Source: Tubulanus polymorphus | Lineage: Eukaryota; Animalia; Nemertea | Assembly: GCF_964204645.1 (NCBI RefSeq) | Contig: NC_134028.1 | Coordinates: 21,944,345-22,008,344 of the forward strand | Direction of reading: 5' to 3' | DNA length: 64,000 nt | Part shown: in pieces, positions 52,360 to 64,000 of the stretch | How positions within the stretch are numbered: position 1 is the stretch's first letter | Layout: each line of letters begins with the position of its first letter | Program-made: the position numbers and the translations under genes | Notes under the pieces: model-generated | Database searches by the model: none | Told to the model about the DNA's origin: nothing | The model's input: the letters and a program-made list of their open reading frames with translations, nothing else

Positions 52360-54555
52360 TCAGTTCTCGCCGCGAATCGTGACGTCATTATTAACGCTGG
52401 AATTCGTGTTTAATAACGTTAAACGCGTGGACGCGCTGGCGTCCTTATTCGGCGATGATGTCGTACGAGACTCGGTCAGAAGACGCAACATGCGCGCTAC
52501 CTTAGCCCGACAAACGAACGCCACGAAAACCGCCAAACCTTGTAAACTGTTCAGTATTATGTATATGTACTGAATGACGATGTTTCTATGCAGCATCCAA
52601 ACGAAAGCAAATATCCAAGTTCCTCCGAGAACAACGGACAACTTCATGTATAAATACAAGTTAGTTTTGTCGGATTTGCGCACCATTTTCGCCGCTTTAG
52701 ATGCCGTATATATTCCACGGATTGTCAGGCTGTACATGCAACAGTTTACGAGTAAGAGTACGCTGACCGGGAGTATGAATAATATACCGACCGCTGAGCC
52801 GCTATTCATCCAACATAGTTTAGTTCCGTAACTCGGATTATAGGGGGCGGTATTTTTCGCGAATACGTCCAGGATCGCACCGACGACAACGACGCTTAGC
52901 GGTAAACTGAAAGCGTACGCGGCAAACTTCACGTATCTGCGTCGTTGCGACGCGGGATCGGGACGACTCACTAATTTCGTCGACCAAAACGTCGACGCCA
53001 AGTCGACGGCCAAGACGTTCATCCAAGTGAATACCGACAGAAACATGAAGTGTATTGCGACGGCGAGGGAGACACAGGCGTAGTGATTATCGGCTGCCGA
53101 TGGGCCGACGAGAAAAAACAACTGCCCGACTAATAAAGCCGCCGAAAGGCACATAACAGATTTCCCTGGGACGTTTCTTAATGTTGGTAGAACAGAGTAT
53201 ATTATGAGTAACAGGGTTAAACATACGATTGAAATTGATTGTCCAATCGTCGTTATGACGCCCGCGACGCCATCTAGCGACGGAAATATTTGTTCGGCGC
53301 TTGTAGCGTTCAGCACGCCCGTATCGTTCACGCAAACATCGATTGTACCATTGGTCGAAAATCTGTACTCATCCGCGGTGTAATTCGTCCCGAGTGACGT
53401 CACGATCAGAATCCCATCGCTTCGGAGTACGTATTCTCCTTTCTGGTAGGTTACTATTGCGCAACGCTCTTTCATCGAAACCATACCGCGTCCGCCGGAC
53501 ATGGCCGCAAATTCCGTCGAAGCCGTTTCGTCGAATTTGCAACGGCCATCTTGAAATTTGTATCCGATACCGCAGCGCACCTGGCGGCAAGTCCCGGTTA
53601 ACGAATCGTACACTTCGCTTCTGCTACAGATCAGCTTCGAGTCCTTGGTGGCGCTCGAAGTTCGTACGGACGCTTTACCGATGTTCAAATCGAATAAGAT
53701 AGTTAACGGGTATTGTCTACCAGCGAACACGCTTCTAAACCCAGCGTTATGAAAAGGACACGTGAGTTTAGTTTCATCGACTCCGTTACACAGCGCGCAA
53801 TACTTATTTCTATATGAAGTATTGGTGCCCATTTGGCTGACCATATTCGTAGTTCGTTCCTTACATCCGATGACGTTAGATTTGTTGGTTATATTTGAAC
53901 ATGTATTTACAATTTTACCGAAATAACACGACCTCACGTGATCGGTATCGATCGGACTCGTATATTCCCGCGTACAGAAATATCGATCGTCTCTGAGCGC
54001 GTTCAAGCCGTTGTTATTCAAGTCGATCGTTTCACTTTTCGATTGCGGTCGTTTCTCGCGACAGTTTACCCGCAACTTCCAGTACTTGAACGTCGCTTCG
54101 TGCCAGCACATTGCGCAATACATGTTGCGATAAGTCAAACCGGTCAGACTTCCACTAACGGGCCACCGTACATATTCATCCGGCGTATCGTATTTATCCT
54201 CGCATAGACTTTTTACGAAATAGTCCCGGTATTGGTCGGGACATGTTTTAACGAACCATGTATGTGTCGGGATGACTTTTTCCGCGTACCCAGAACACTG
54301 AAGATGGTTCTCGAATAGATCTCGAAGTGCCGGGGTAGATCTGCCGGTGTTTGCAGCGTCATAGCAACAGTCACCATGGATATAACACTGTCTGTCGCAG
54401 AAACACGTCTTCGTGCTGCCGAAAGGGCTGTTGACGTTTTCGGTGACGTGACACGATGAGGGCAAACAGTTATCCAACTGGGATTGGGTCTGAACTGTTT
54501 GTAGCAGAAGCAGTAATTCCACGCATATCCCGCATATCCAAACAATATTCGCCAT
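52360..54555 (-). CDS. Class B2/adhesion-like 7TM receptor with somatomedin-B-like domain and Cys-rich repeats; single coding exon
   Basis: Signal MANIVWICGICVELLLLLQTVQT; CFCDRQCYIHGDCCYD (SMB); YRNMYCAMC and YRNKYCALC; LRNVPGK, HFMFLSVFTWMNVLA, CWM, LGGTWIF, LNSLQG. Confidence 0.9.
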   Translation of the reverse strand: MANIVWICGICVELLLLLQTVQTQSQLDNCLPSSCHVTENVNSPFGSTKTCFCDRQCYIHGDCCYDAANTGRSTPALRDLFENHLQCSGYAEKVIPTHTWFVKTCPDQYRDYFVKSLCEDKYDTPDEYVRWPVSGSLTGLTYRNMYCAMCWHEATFKYWKLRVNCREKRPQSKSETIDLNNNGLNALRDDRYFCTREYTSPIDTDHVRSCYFGKIVNTCSNITNKSNVIGCKERTTNMVSQMGTNTSYRNKYCALCNGVDETKLTCPFHNAGFRSVFAGRQYPLTILFDLNIGKASVRTSSATKDSKLICSRSEVYDSLTGTCRQVRCGIGYKFQDGRCKFDETASTEFAAMSGGRGMVSMKERCAIVTYQKGEYVLRSDGILIVTSLGTNYTADEYRFSTNGTIDVCVNDTGVLNATSAEQIFPSLDGVAGVITTIGQSISIVCLTLLLIIYSVLPTLRNVPGKSVMCLSAALLVGQLFFLVGPSAADNHYACVSLAVAIHFMFLSVFTWMNVLAVDLASTFWSTKLVSRPDPASQRRRYVKFAAYAFSLPLSVVVVGAILDVFAKNTAPYNPSYGTKLCWMNSGSAVGILFILPVSVLLLVNCCMYSLTIRGIYTASKAAKMVRKSDKTNLYLYMKLSVVLGGTWIFAFVWMLHRNIVIQYIYIILNSLQGLAVFVAFVCRAKVARMLRLLTESRTTSSPNKDASASTRLTLLNTNSSVNNDVTIRGEN

Positions 54556-55265
54556 ACCGTACGGATGCCTGAAGGAAAAACATAAACGTAAATTTTCGAT
54601 ACTATCTATATACACTTTTAGTCACTGCCTGATAAAGACACTATAAACTAAAGTTCGGATATTTAATGAAAGCGATTTAACCTACATAGAACTATCTGTG
54701 ATCCGATAATATAACTTAGCTCTTTTCAATTTTAGATATCGTCTATGCGATCATAGATACCGTCAATCGAATGTAAGATATCGCGATGCTAGACGCTGCA
54801 TTTTTTACTCCCGGACCCAATTTTGGCAAACCCGTGTACGGTTTAAATTATGCCTTACTAATAATGAATGACATTTGTAATGAGCTAAACAATCAACATA
54901 GATTGCAATAGCAGTGAGACTTAAGACCCAGGGGAAATTCTGTTGAGCTGAGTAGTAATTTTAAAAACGATTATTAGAATTTTTTTTTGAAATTGCTATC
55001 TAGGTTAGAATTTTTGATTAAAAAAAAAAACAACCACACAATACTCTAAACCCCAATACACAAATATCGAGTGAAGTAAAAATACTTATGAGTAAGAACA
55101 CTTATATAGAAATTTAGACAATTGAAAAATGAAAGGAAACAACAAATTTATCTATTCCCATGCCTGAGAGAAGCAATTCAACTAGAGAGTGAATATTTCA
55201 GTGTTTTCGCCATTGGCTTAAGTATTAGTTATTTCTACTCATGATAGCGAGTTTGTAGTCACGTA

Positions 55266-55415
55266 TAGTCGATTGGTACGTACTAGTTTGATCTAAACGT
55301 AGCTTCTTCAATAATGAAACGTCTTATTTAGTATAAAAGTAACATAGTCGATTGGTAAGTAGTTCGATCTAAACATTGCTTCAATAATGAAACGTCTTAT
55401 TCAGTATTAAAGTAC
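55266..55415. repeat. Tandem ~78-bp duplication
   Basis: ATAGTCGATTGGTA...GATCTAAAC...TTCAATAATGAAACGTCTTATT.AGTAT.AAAGTA occurs twice. Confidence 0.8.
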
Positions 55416-56454
55416 ATATTAAATACCTTCTTCAAACACGCTGCGGAATGTATACTCTAATTAATCCCTTGAGAAAACGATAGATATTTAGTTTTACTAC
55501 GACGACGACGACTCGTCTCAGCCACAGAGTAACAATGCTTCGACTGCTATCATGTGCTATTATCCGAAATAACAATCGGTGTTATTGCAATATTCATTGT
55601 ACAAACATCTTAACGATCCTTCGTGCAAGGAAACGATACGCGACGGCGGTTTCCCGGATCAGTGAGTGTGGGATGGCGTATAGTCTACACTCAATAACTG
55701 GAGTACTTCAGCTAGCCGCTTCAGCGCCGGTTATACGAACACCTCCAAGGTCTGATAGAAGACAAGACTGGTGGACTATACAACCGAGTACTGATTTACG
55801 TTCAATTCTATTCCTTAATAACTTAAACGATGGAAATACCGAGCGCACTAAAGACCATGCGTATTATGAATGCGAGGTATTCCGAACTAATCCGTACTGT
55901 CTGTAATTACGCTTTACGCTATACTTGTATGTTCTCTATAACTATTACTTACTTAAATACTTTCATTGCGATAGCCTAAATTTCCCATACATCGTACACA
56001 TATCCGTGGTCATCAAATTGCCGCAATTAAACACGAACCAGGAAATAATTTCATTTAAGTCCTAATTTGGTATCTCGATTGGTGACCGTATTGGTGACTA
56101 ATGCATTTCAGCAATAAACGTTACTAACGAAACTTTGACCGAACGGGAAGAGGCCAGGGGCCCCATTTCAGAGGTCTTTTGATGGATTATCTGTGTGATG
56201 GTCGTATAGTTATAAGTGTAGCTATTCCCGCGCGCCGGAGGAGGACGTTATTCTCGTTTCGAAAACAATCCATATTGCTACAGTAAATTCCCGTAAATCG
56301 TCTGGTTTAAAGTACTTTAAGATAAATATTGTCTATTTGCTGCACGATGAGTAAATGTTTACGTACCTAAAGGTTTAAATTAATCCTGAAACACCAAACA
56401 TTTGCACGATATAGCAGCGAGGTTCTAGAGTTCATCAGCGCGTTTATAACCTTT

Positions 56455-56952
56455 CTAATGTCTATTTATTAATTGATGAGACCTGTTTTTCTTGGATATT
56501 TTGCTTACTTTTTGGGGTACATACCTCATTTATGTTCCAGTTCTGTACCAATTAGATGGATTGGCAAAAAGACTCCTTAAGTCAGATTGAATGAGAGAGA
56601 AAATCCTCCATTTTGTGAAATTTCTTGAATTTTTACATTGTCACCATGCCTACGAAATGAAGTTATTTTTCTTGTGGGGTCTCAACAACTAAATCAGGGT
56701 GGCGTAGGCATGGTAACAATGTTCAAATCCAAGAAATTTGACAAAATGGAGGATTTTCTCTCTCATTAAACTGGACTTAAGGAGTCTTTTTGCCAATCCA
56801 TCTAATTGGTACAGAACTGTAAATATATCAGATATTCAGTTGTTGTCCGCGATTTTTGGCATTCTGTTAAGACATAAATGAGGTATGTACCCCAAAAAGT
56901 AAGCAAAATATCCCAGAAAAACAGGTCTCATCAATTAATAAATAGACATTAG
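56455..56952. mobile_element. ~500-bp near-perfect hairpin (MITE/foldback)
   Basis: CTAATGTCTATTTATTAATTGATGAGACCTG...CATGCCTACG is mirrored by CGTAGGCATG...CAGGTCTCATCAATTAATAAATAGACATTAG, with ~200-bp arms and a ~50-bp insertion in the right arm. Confidence 0.88.
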
Positions 56953-57507
56953 CCTGAATCTTATTATCATGTTTTGTGTGGAGCTTAAGTCTAAAGATCC
57001 TTAGTTTTTTATTCATCGACTTTTAGCATTTGAATGCGGTAATTTCACTGTAGATATATTTTTTCCCATTTTTCACCATTTCACACCATATCGACCATAA
57101 TCAATTTATGTGATTCATTTTTCATGATTTACTATGTAGTGGACGTCATCTACCACATTCATGACGTATAGACATTTTCAACAATCCCGGAAAATCTCAT
57201 CGGTAACTCCGGTGACGACATGGACAGTGTCAATTACGTCATAAAAGAGATGAAAATTCGGTGTAAAAAGAAAATCCGATAGAAAAGTGCGAAAGAAACG
57301 ACGTCTGCGTATCGACCTGTCGACAGGTCCGCTTGTCGATTTATCCGGTGCGGCGGTCCGTCCATTGGAATTAAATGACAAGTGCCCGGACAGGGTAGAA
57401 ATTGAATTAAATAAACATATCACCGTTTACTTATTTTATTTACATAAACATACATGTATTCTTTCGTACACACATATGTATATATGTAATATATTTATTC
57501 TATTATT

Positions 57508-57747
57508 CTAACCACTGCATTTAGCTTTGAAGCCACGGTCGTAACCAAAAGAACAGTGTTTCTTCATTTTTTTCCAGATTTTCTTGAACCATCCTCGTTT
57601 CATCAGTTCAACGGTTCGTTTGGCCTCCATCAACTCCAGCGGGTCGTGTCCAGCATTTTCAGCGTCTCGAAGAGCTCGTTCTACTTGATCACCAGCAACG
57701 GCGACCACCAGTAAAACACACAACACAAAAACAGCCGACAATTTCAT
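57508..57747 (-). CDS. Secreted prepro-peptide, candidate antimicrobial/cytolytic peptide copy 2; predicted mature GWFKKIWKKMKKHCSFGYDRGFKAKCSG
   Basis: 79 aa, same architecture as 38839-39078 (67/79 identical by my count); the upstream region is also duplicated. Confidence 0.88.
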   Translation of the reverse strand: MKLSAVFVLCVLLVVAVAGDQVERALRDAENAGHDPLELMEAKRTVELMKRGWFKKIWKKMKKHCSFGYDRGFKAKCSG

Positions 57748-59727
57748 TTTACCGGGGATTCTTCTGTAATCAATGAATTACAGGTCATTAATAAGGAAGT
57801 ATATTTGAGGATGATATTTACACCAACATAAGCTCACTGAGTGCATTATAGTCATGGACATTTAAGCTACTTATAGGAATTGTATTCGGCAGAATGTTTT
57901 TACCAATGACGCTCAAAAAATTAGATATTTTCTTGGTAGAAGTTGATGAATCATTGAGATTGAATAATAGTATTATATATGTTTTATCTGAATGTTACAC
58001 TTTACTATTACTACTGTATAATCATACAGTAAAACAAAGAACATATCTCTACTTACCAAATTTTTCACTCAGTAACAAATCGAAATGCTTTCGATGAGAG
58101 ATAAATGTTTCGATTTTCATCTCTGTTTATATACAACAGCCTTAATTCCTTTCTGATAGAGGAGCTTTCGGACAAAATACCGCATAGAAGTAACAAAATC
58201 CCGAACTCAAAACAGTTGTTTGTTATAGACTTAGGATCCCATTAAACATGTGTCAATTAAACTGTTGCTATTCATCAAAGTATTGTCCCTCCGAATACAA
58301 GTCATCCTAGCAGCTGTTGAACATCAAATCTGATTTAATTACCCGAACTTGAATACTGAAATCCTTTAAGCGCTTAAGCGCTAGCGTTTCGTCTTTTGTA
58401 GTTTTGCGAAGTGAACAAATCGATTTTGCAGGTGTTAGAAGCGCATCGATATTCGTTGAGATTATCACGGTTTTTCAGAACGGCCTATAGATAACTGACG
58501 GGGCTTAGATTCACATTCATCTGAATTAGAATTTACAAAGTTTGTATGATTTCCCAAATGATCGTAGGTTTCTTAAAGTTTCTTCGATTTTCATTTAATT
58601 TCTTATCAGGTCTTTTTTTATACCATTTTCTATTCTTCTGTTTATATCATTCATTCTTTTGACTTCGACATTTGTAGACATGTCTCGCAAACGTTAACAT
58701 ATCTCATTTTTCATTAATGGTGATTTACAGTGGCAACTGCCGGATAAGGATCCAGTTAACATAAATAGCTCTTTCTGATAACGCGGAAGATCTGTGTATA
58801 TTTCATCAACATCACTTCTCTGATGTAAGTAGTGTTTGTTGTTGCCGACTATAAATCCCCGTGTACGGAACGGGATGAGAGTTTGTAGACCAACCGCTAA
58901 ATGTTATGTTACATATTACCGCAGTAATTGATTATATTTATTCAGCACACACGTCATAGCGAAACGGCGAGCAAATATTGTTCCTGTTACGATTCCATAA
59001 ACATGTTGAAATCATGGTTTATGACGACTGGTTAGATTATTTTGACGAAGTGACGTCTGTGGAAAGTCCCAACGGCGCTTCCGGGAAATTCTAAACAAAT
59101 TGAAATTGCTGCTGTTTGCATGTGACTTCCTATTAATCATTTCAGAACTAATTGACGACGCTGTGTAGGTTTTTTTAATCAGAATTGATGTTCATTAACT
59201 TGTTGGGAAATCAATATAATGCTAGAATTTAAAAATCCTCGGGAAAATTTCAGTTGTCTTGAAGAAATAAAAAATGAAGGATGTATTTTTCTATGTTGTT
59301 CGTACCATTGATGACACTGAACCGTATAAACCAATACTTTAATTGAAAGATGGTGACAATCTGCCGGGACGGGATCTTACACAAAAGTCGCGTGAATTAT
59401 AGAAATTTTCTTTTGACGCAATGAGAAAATTTCTTCCTTCGGGTTCATCGCAAAACGGTAGTGTAACCGAAACCATCGAGATGTAATCTTTCACAATCTG
59501 AAAATCCTCATTCGTATGATTTTAGTTAAAGATAAGGGATTGGTTTGCAAAGGGTGTAAGTTCAACATTTAGTTATTCACGCGACTGAGCATGAGTGACA
59601 AAATAGTTTCGGGATTATATTTATATCTGTCAGTCCACCTATTAGAATTAACCGTTTACTCAATTAACTTACAATATGCATACCACTTTTTTCCTTAAAT
59701 ATATGTACGTGTTGATTCTTTGACCTA

Positions 59728-59786
59728 AACCACTGCATAACGCTCTGAAGCCTCGGTTGTAACAAATAGAACAGTGTTTCTTGATT
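59728..59786 (-). pseudogene. Remnant of a third peptide-gene copy (IKKHCSICYNRGFRALCSG)
   Basis: Aligns with the 3' end of both peptide genes. Signal, pro-region and GWFKK are absent. The matching distal upstream block is at 61697-62175. Confidence 0.8.
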
Positions 59787-60239
59787 CCTGACGTGTACTA
59801 ATATTTCAGCATGGTTTTAATTAATATTTTCTTCTACTGCAGCTAAAACAATTTTCCACCAAAGAGCTTGCTCAGGACTCAGCAAAGCTCAAGTCCGCTC
59901 AACCAAAACTCTCTCCCAAGCTCCCCAAAGCTCTGCTAAGCTAACTCTCTTCTTCTCTATCACAAACTCGGTTTTAACTTTGCAAATTCTGGCCTATTCA
60001 TATCAATTCATCTTCCGGGTTGAGGATGATATTTAGATTGTGACCTTATTCGGTAACTTACATAATTGATAGCTGGATATTCTCGGTTGAGTGTTGGCCA
60101 ACAGAATGATTCATTGCTACGGAATTTTACAAACGATTTGATTCATAAATATGAAATTATTTCAACACGACCAGGATGAAAATTAATTTTCATATGTATT
60201 CAATATATATAGTAATGTGAAGATGACCGCATCGTTAGG

Positions 60240-61400
60240 CCTACACATATCAAAAATCCTCGAGAAGCTAGTTCATTCACGGTCTATCTAAGTTTCTTGA
60301 ATACAACAAATCCTGTCTCCGTATCAATTGGTCTTAGAAAGAATCTCTTTACTAGTGACCTGTATCATCAATGAAATGATCGAAAATTCGGATGAAAGAA
60401 TGACGTATTTTCCTTGACACTTTCACAAGTATTTGACATGGTGGAACACGACATTCTGTTATCCAAAATATATCATTACGGTATACGATGTACGCCTCTC
60501 CACTCGTTTTCAAGTCTTTCGTAAGAAAGGTCGCAAATTGTATTGTTCAACATTACTACATATACTTCATTGCCCGTATTCTGTGGGATTCCACAAGGTT
60601 CGATTCTTGGGCCACTATTATTCATCTCTTACATCATCTTCTGAATATTGTAATGTTTGCTGACGATACCGATGTTTTTGCACACAATAAGAACATTCAT
60701 ATTTTGAATACTTTGAATCAACGGTGAATTACTAAGTAAAATATTTGGTTCCAAGCAAATCTAATTTCTTTGAATCTGTCTAAACTCACTCCGTAGTATT
60801 TAGTAGGAGAAATAAACCATTCAATTATCTTTAGCATTAACAATGGTAGCCAAGTATCCGAAACGAAATTATTAGTTGTACACATTGATAACAAATCAAA
60901 TTGGAAATCTCTTATTTCAGATCTCAACAAAAATTGCTCGATTTTTCGGAAGTGTCAGCAAACAAGCTTATTTGTGTCAAAAATAACCCTTCTGAAATTA
61001 TATTATGCATATATCTCTTGTCATTTGTCATAAGTCTAATGGCAACATTGTGCGGTGCCTTCCTTTCTCCACTTGAAATATTGCAGAAAAATGCGATTCG
61101 TTTGATAAATAAACCACCTATCTCTTACGTTCTACCCCACTTTTTATATCATGTGAAATTCTTAAACTGATATTTGTAAATTTATCGTTTCTAATTTCAA
61201 TACCGTTATAACGATTATATGCTTCCCCCAAATCTTCACAGAATTTGTCTTCAACAACTTTCAACTAACTTACAGAACACGTGGCCTAAATCTAAAAAAG
61301 TCTAAAAATCCAAGGTGCTAGTATTTGGAATGAATTTCTCTTTCATCTTAAATCTGTACGTTCAATATCAATATCTAAAAGAAACATCATAGCTGCCTTT
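60240..61400 (+). mobile_element. Decayed LINE reverse transcriptase (CR1/L2-like)
   Basis: Frameshifted motifs KILEKLV, DMVEHDILLSK..HYGIR, CGIPQGSILGPLLF, MFADDT, WFQANL.SLN.SK, LQKNAIRLI. Confidence 0.85.
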
Positions 61401-61696
61401 CAATTTATCGAACATTCCATGTAATTCTACACTTGTATATCTTTTTATTTAATAAGGTACCTCGACAAATCATTTCTCTTTGAGTAAGAACCATCGTATA
61501 CATAACTTCTCATTTAACTATATAGATAAATAATGTATTCATGTTATCCTTGAATTTCGACCCGATTTATATACAATAGATAATACATTTCAACACAAAT
61601 TAAGTTTTATTCACACCCTGCACCAGGTTGGTAGGTTTTTTTCTATTAGAAACAAGTTTATGACAAATATGGATATAAAAAGGCAGGTAAGAAGAA

Positions 61697-62175
61697 GGTT
61701 AGAAGCTATTTGATATTCGTTGAGATTATCATAGTTTTTCAGAATAGTGTAGGTGAATGACGGGGCATAAATTCACATTGACCTAAATCAGAATCTGCAA
61801 AGTGTATTCTTTTCCAAGCTGTAGATAACTATGAATCTCACTAAAACAGAATCTTAAGTTCTTTTAAAAGTTTCTCTAACATTTTCATTTAATTTCTTGT
61901 CAGGTAATTTTTATGCCATTTCAGCCTTTCTTTTGTTTATACCATTCATCCTTTTGACTTCGACCTTTGTAGATATATCTGGCAAACATTAACATATCTC
62001 ATCTCATTATGGTGATTTACATTGGCAACTGCCGGATAAGGATGCAGTTAATGCAAATTATCCGTTATGATAACGCGGAATATCTTGTGTATATTTCATC
62101 AACATCACTTCTCGGATGTAAGTAGTGTTTGTTGCCGACCATAAATCCCAGTGTACGAAACGGGATGAGAGTTAC
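61697..62175 (-). repeat. Third copy of the peptide-gene distal upstream region
   Basis: Direct match to 58430-58885 and reverse-complement match to ~37940-38105. Confidence 0.8.
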
Positions 62176-64000
62176 GAAATTGGTAATTACCAGCGGTGTT
62201 ACGTGTTTGGGTGCACGAATTATTGTGGTTCGAGGATTTTCCTCGTGCTTTTGTTTTATAAGTACAATTGTTCCTTCCTTGATGACGTGAGAAATCAGCC
62301 ACAAGAGTCCACAATAGTACAAAAAGGAAAAAGAAAGATTGAAACTATGTAAATTCTATGTATGAAAGCTTTTTAATTAGAACGTAGTAAATTAATATTA
62401 CAACTAATTATCAATGAATTGAACGTCGCTGTCTATTTCTTATTAACGGTACCAATTCCGCCTTGGAAACATCTCTTGAAATCAGCGACAATGGTGGAAG
62501 GGTTCAACGCCTTCTTACCATTGAGTTGTCTGATGCATTGATTAGTCGATCTCGAGCAGCGACCGGTGTTGTATTTAGCGGTGTAAGAGGAGAAATTTTG
62601 TGACGCCGTAAGTTTTCAGGCTTAGATTTACGACAACCCTCTCTTTGTACCTGGCTCCGTCATCGCAACGAATATCGTATACGCAATTCACATTTTCGGT
62701 ATCTATTTTGTACCCTCTAACGTCAGCCATAATCAAAGCAGCGCCGGGACCGGTGAATGTAACTTCCGTTACAGCGGTACTCTGCCTGCCGACAGAAGTC
62801 TCCTTCCGCCGAACGACTGAGACACTCCGTGTAAGACGGAGCCGTCAAACTCGTGGCATTTATAGGAGTCGTAACCAGTCACGTGGTCGGCTGGTGCATT
62901 ATCAGTCGACCTATGAAATTCCGATATCGGCGTGGTCGAATGGCGTTACACTTAGTTGGATTCGAAGTCAGGATCTTTTGATCGTTGCTGCTGTTATTTG
63001 GGCCCGTAGCGATATCTTGTTAATTTATTTGGATTAACGTCAATCTATTTGGACAATGTCGGGGTATCATGCAGAAGAGCGCAGAGCAACGAGATTTCAC
63101 CCATTTTGATTTGTAGAATCGGTGTTCCTTGCAAACTTACCATAGTATATTTGACACTGAATGCATTTGATATACAAGGATGTACTAGAGTCGCTACATA
63201 TTTGGCTTGATCTCATTCTATCTGATGGATTTACATATCCGTCACTTCATGTTATTTAATAATGTTTGCCGGCCGCTAATGCATCTCTGCTAAAAGCCGA
63301 ATTAGCGGAATTTCGGGCACTTGATCTGTTTTTTCTGCGAGTTTTTCAATTGCACGTAAATAATCTACGTCGTAGGGTATACATGCGCCCCGTGATCTCA
63401 GAGGTCATATGTAGCCCGACACACCTAGTATTTGAAAAAAATGTCCATTTATTTGTCCATACTAACACAAATATATCATGATATATACCCATGTCTATGT
63501 TGTCATTCAAAAGGAAAGTAAGTTATTTTTAGATTAAGTTATTCATTGACAAAAGAAAATTTACGAAATCGCTTGCCGGGCGTAGAGACATCGGGCTAAG
63601 TCTATGTATATCATATAGCAAAATCATGCATCACATGGAGATAAACGCAATTGAGTCCGAAATGACAATATCCTAATCTCTAAAACGATTCAAAAAATTG
63701 TTCTTTAGTTTTTACGAATAGTGTAAGACTGATTTCAGTACATTCTTACACAACATTTTACACACGGTTCAGCGGTACCTGTATCAATCGATGAATACAA
63801 TAGAAGTAGGGCTCACGCGCATAGGAAATGCACCCGTCGCGTCATATTGGACCTCAAGTCTAAGCAGTTAATTAACTTAAACGTCAAGGTGTTAACTGCC
63901 ATTTGAAGTTTATTCAATCCGACGCGTTCGACGTCCGTCCGTGAATCACCTGTAAAAACCTTAAAAGTTTATCTGCCGTCAAATCTCCGACGTAACCGTC

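Overview
AT-rich, intron-containing eukaryotic DNA. Gene content suggests a marine invertebrate, probably spiralian (inference). There are no rRNA, CRISPR or prokaryotic features. Recognisable genes: two nearly intronless Cys-rich class-B/adhesion-like 7TM receptors, two intronless rhodopsin-type GPCRs plus a decayed 3' duplicate, an atonal-superfamily bHLH, three tandem 4-exon SLC16/MCT transporters, two intact and one decayed TMEM26-like genes, and a 10-exon alkaline phosphatase. Many MITE/foldback and LINE remnants are scattered between them. Two small secreted-peptide systems stand out. (1) A family of prepro-peptide genes (signal, acidic pro-piece, KR, cationic GWFKK helix, one-disulfide loop) has two intact copies in inverted orientation (38839-39078, 57508-57747) and a third destroyed copy (59728-59786); it is a candidate new antimicrobial/cytolytic peptide family. 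(2) A spliced 60-aa gene absent from the ORF track (10468-11271) encodes a signal peptide plus an 8-Cys CxxxC-rich mature peptide, a candidate toxin or defence peptide. Exon coordinates were read by eye and may be off by a few bases.
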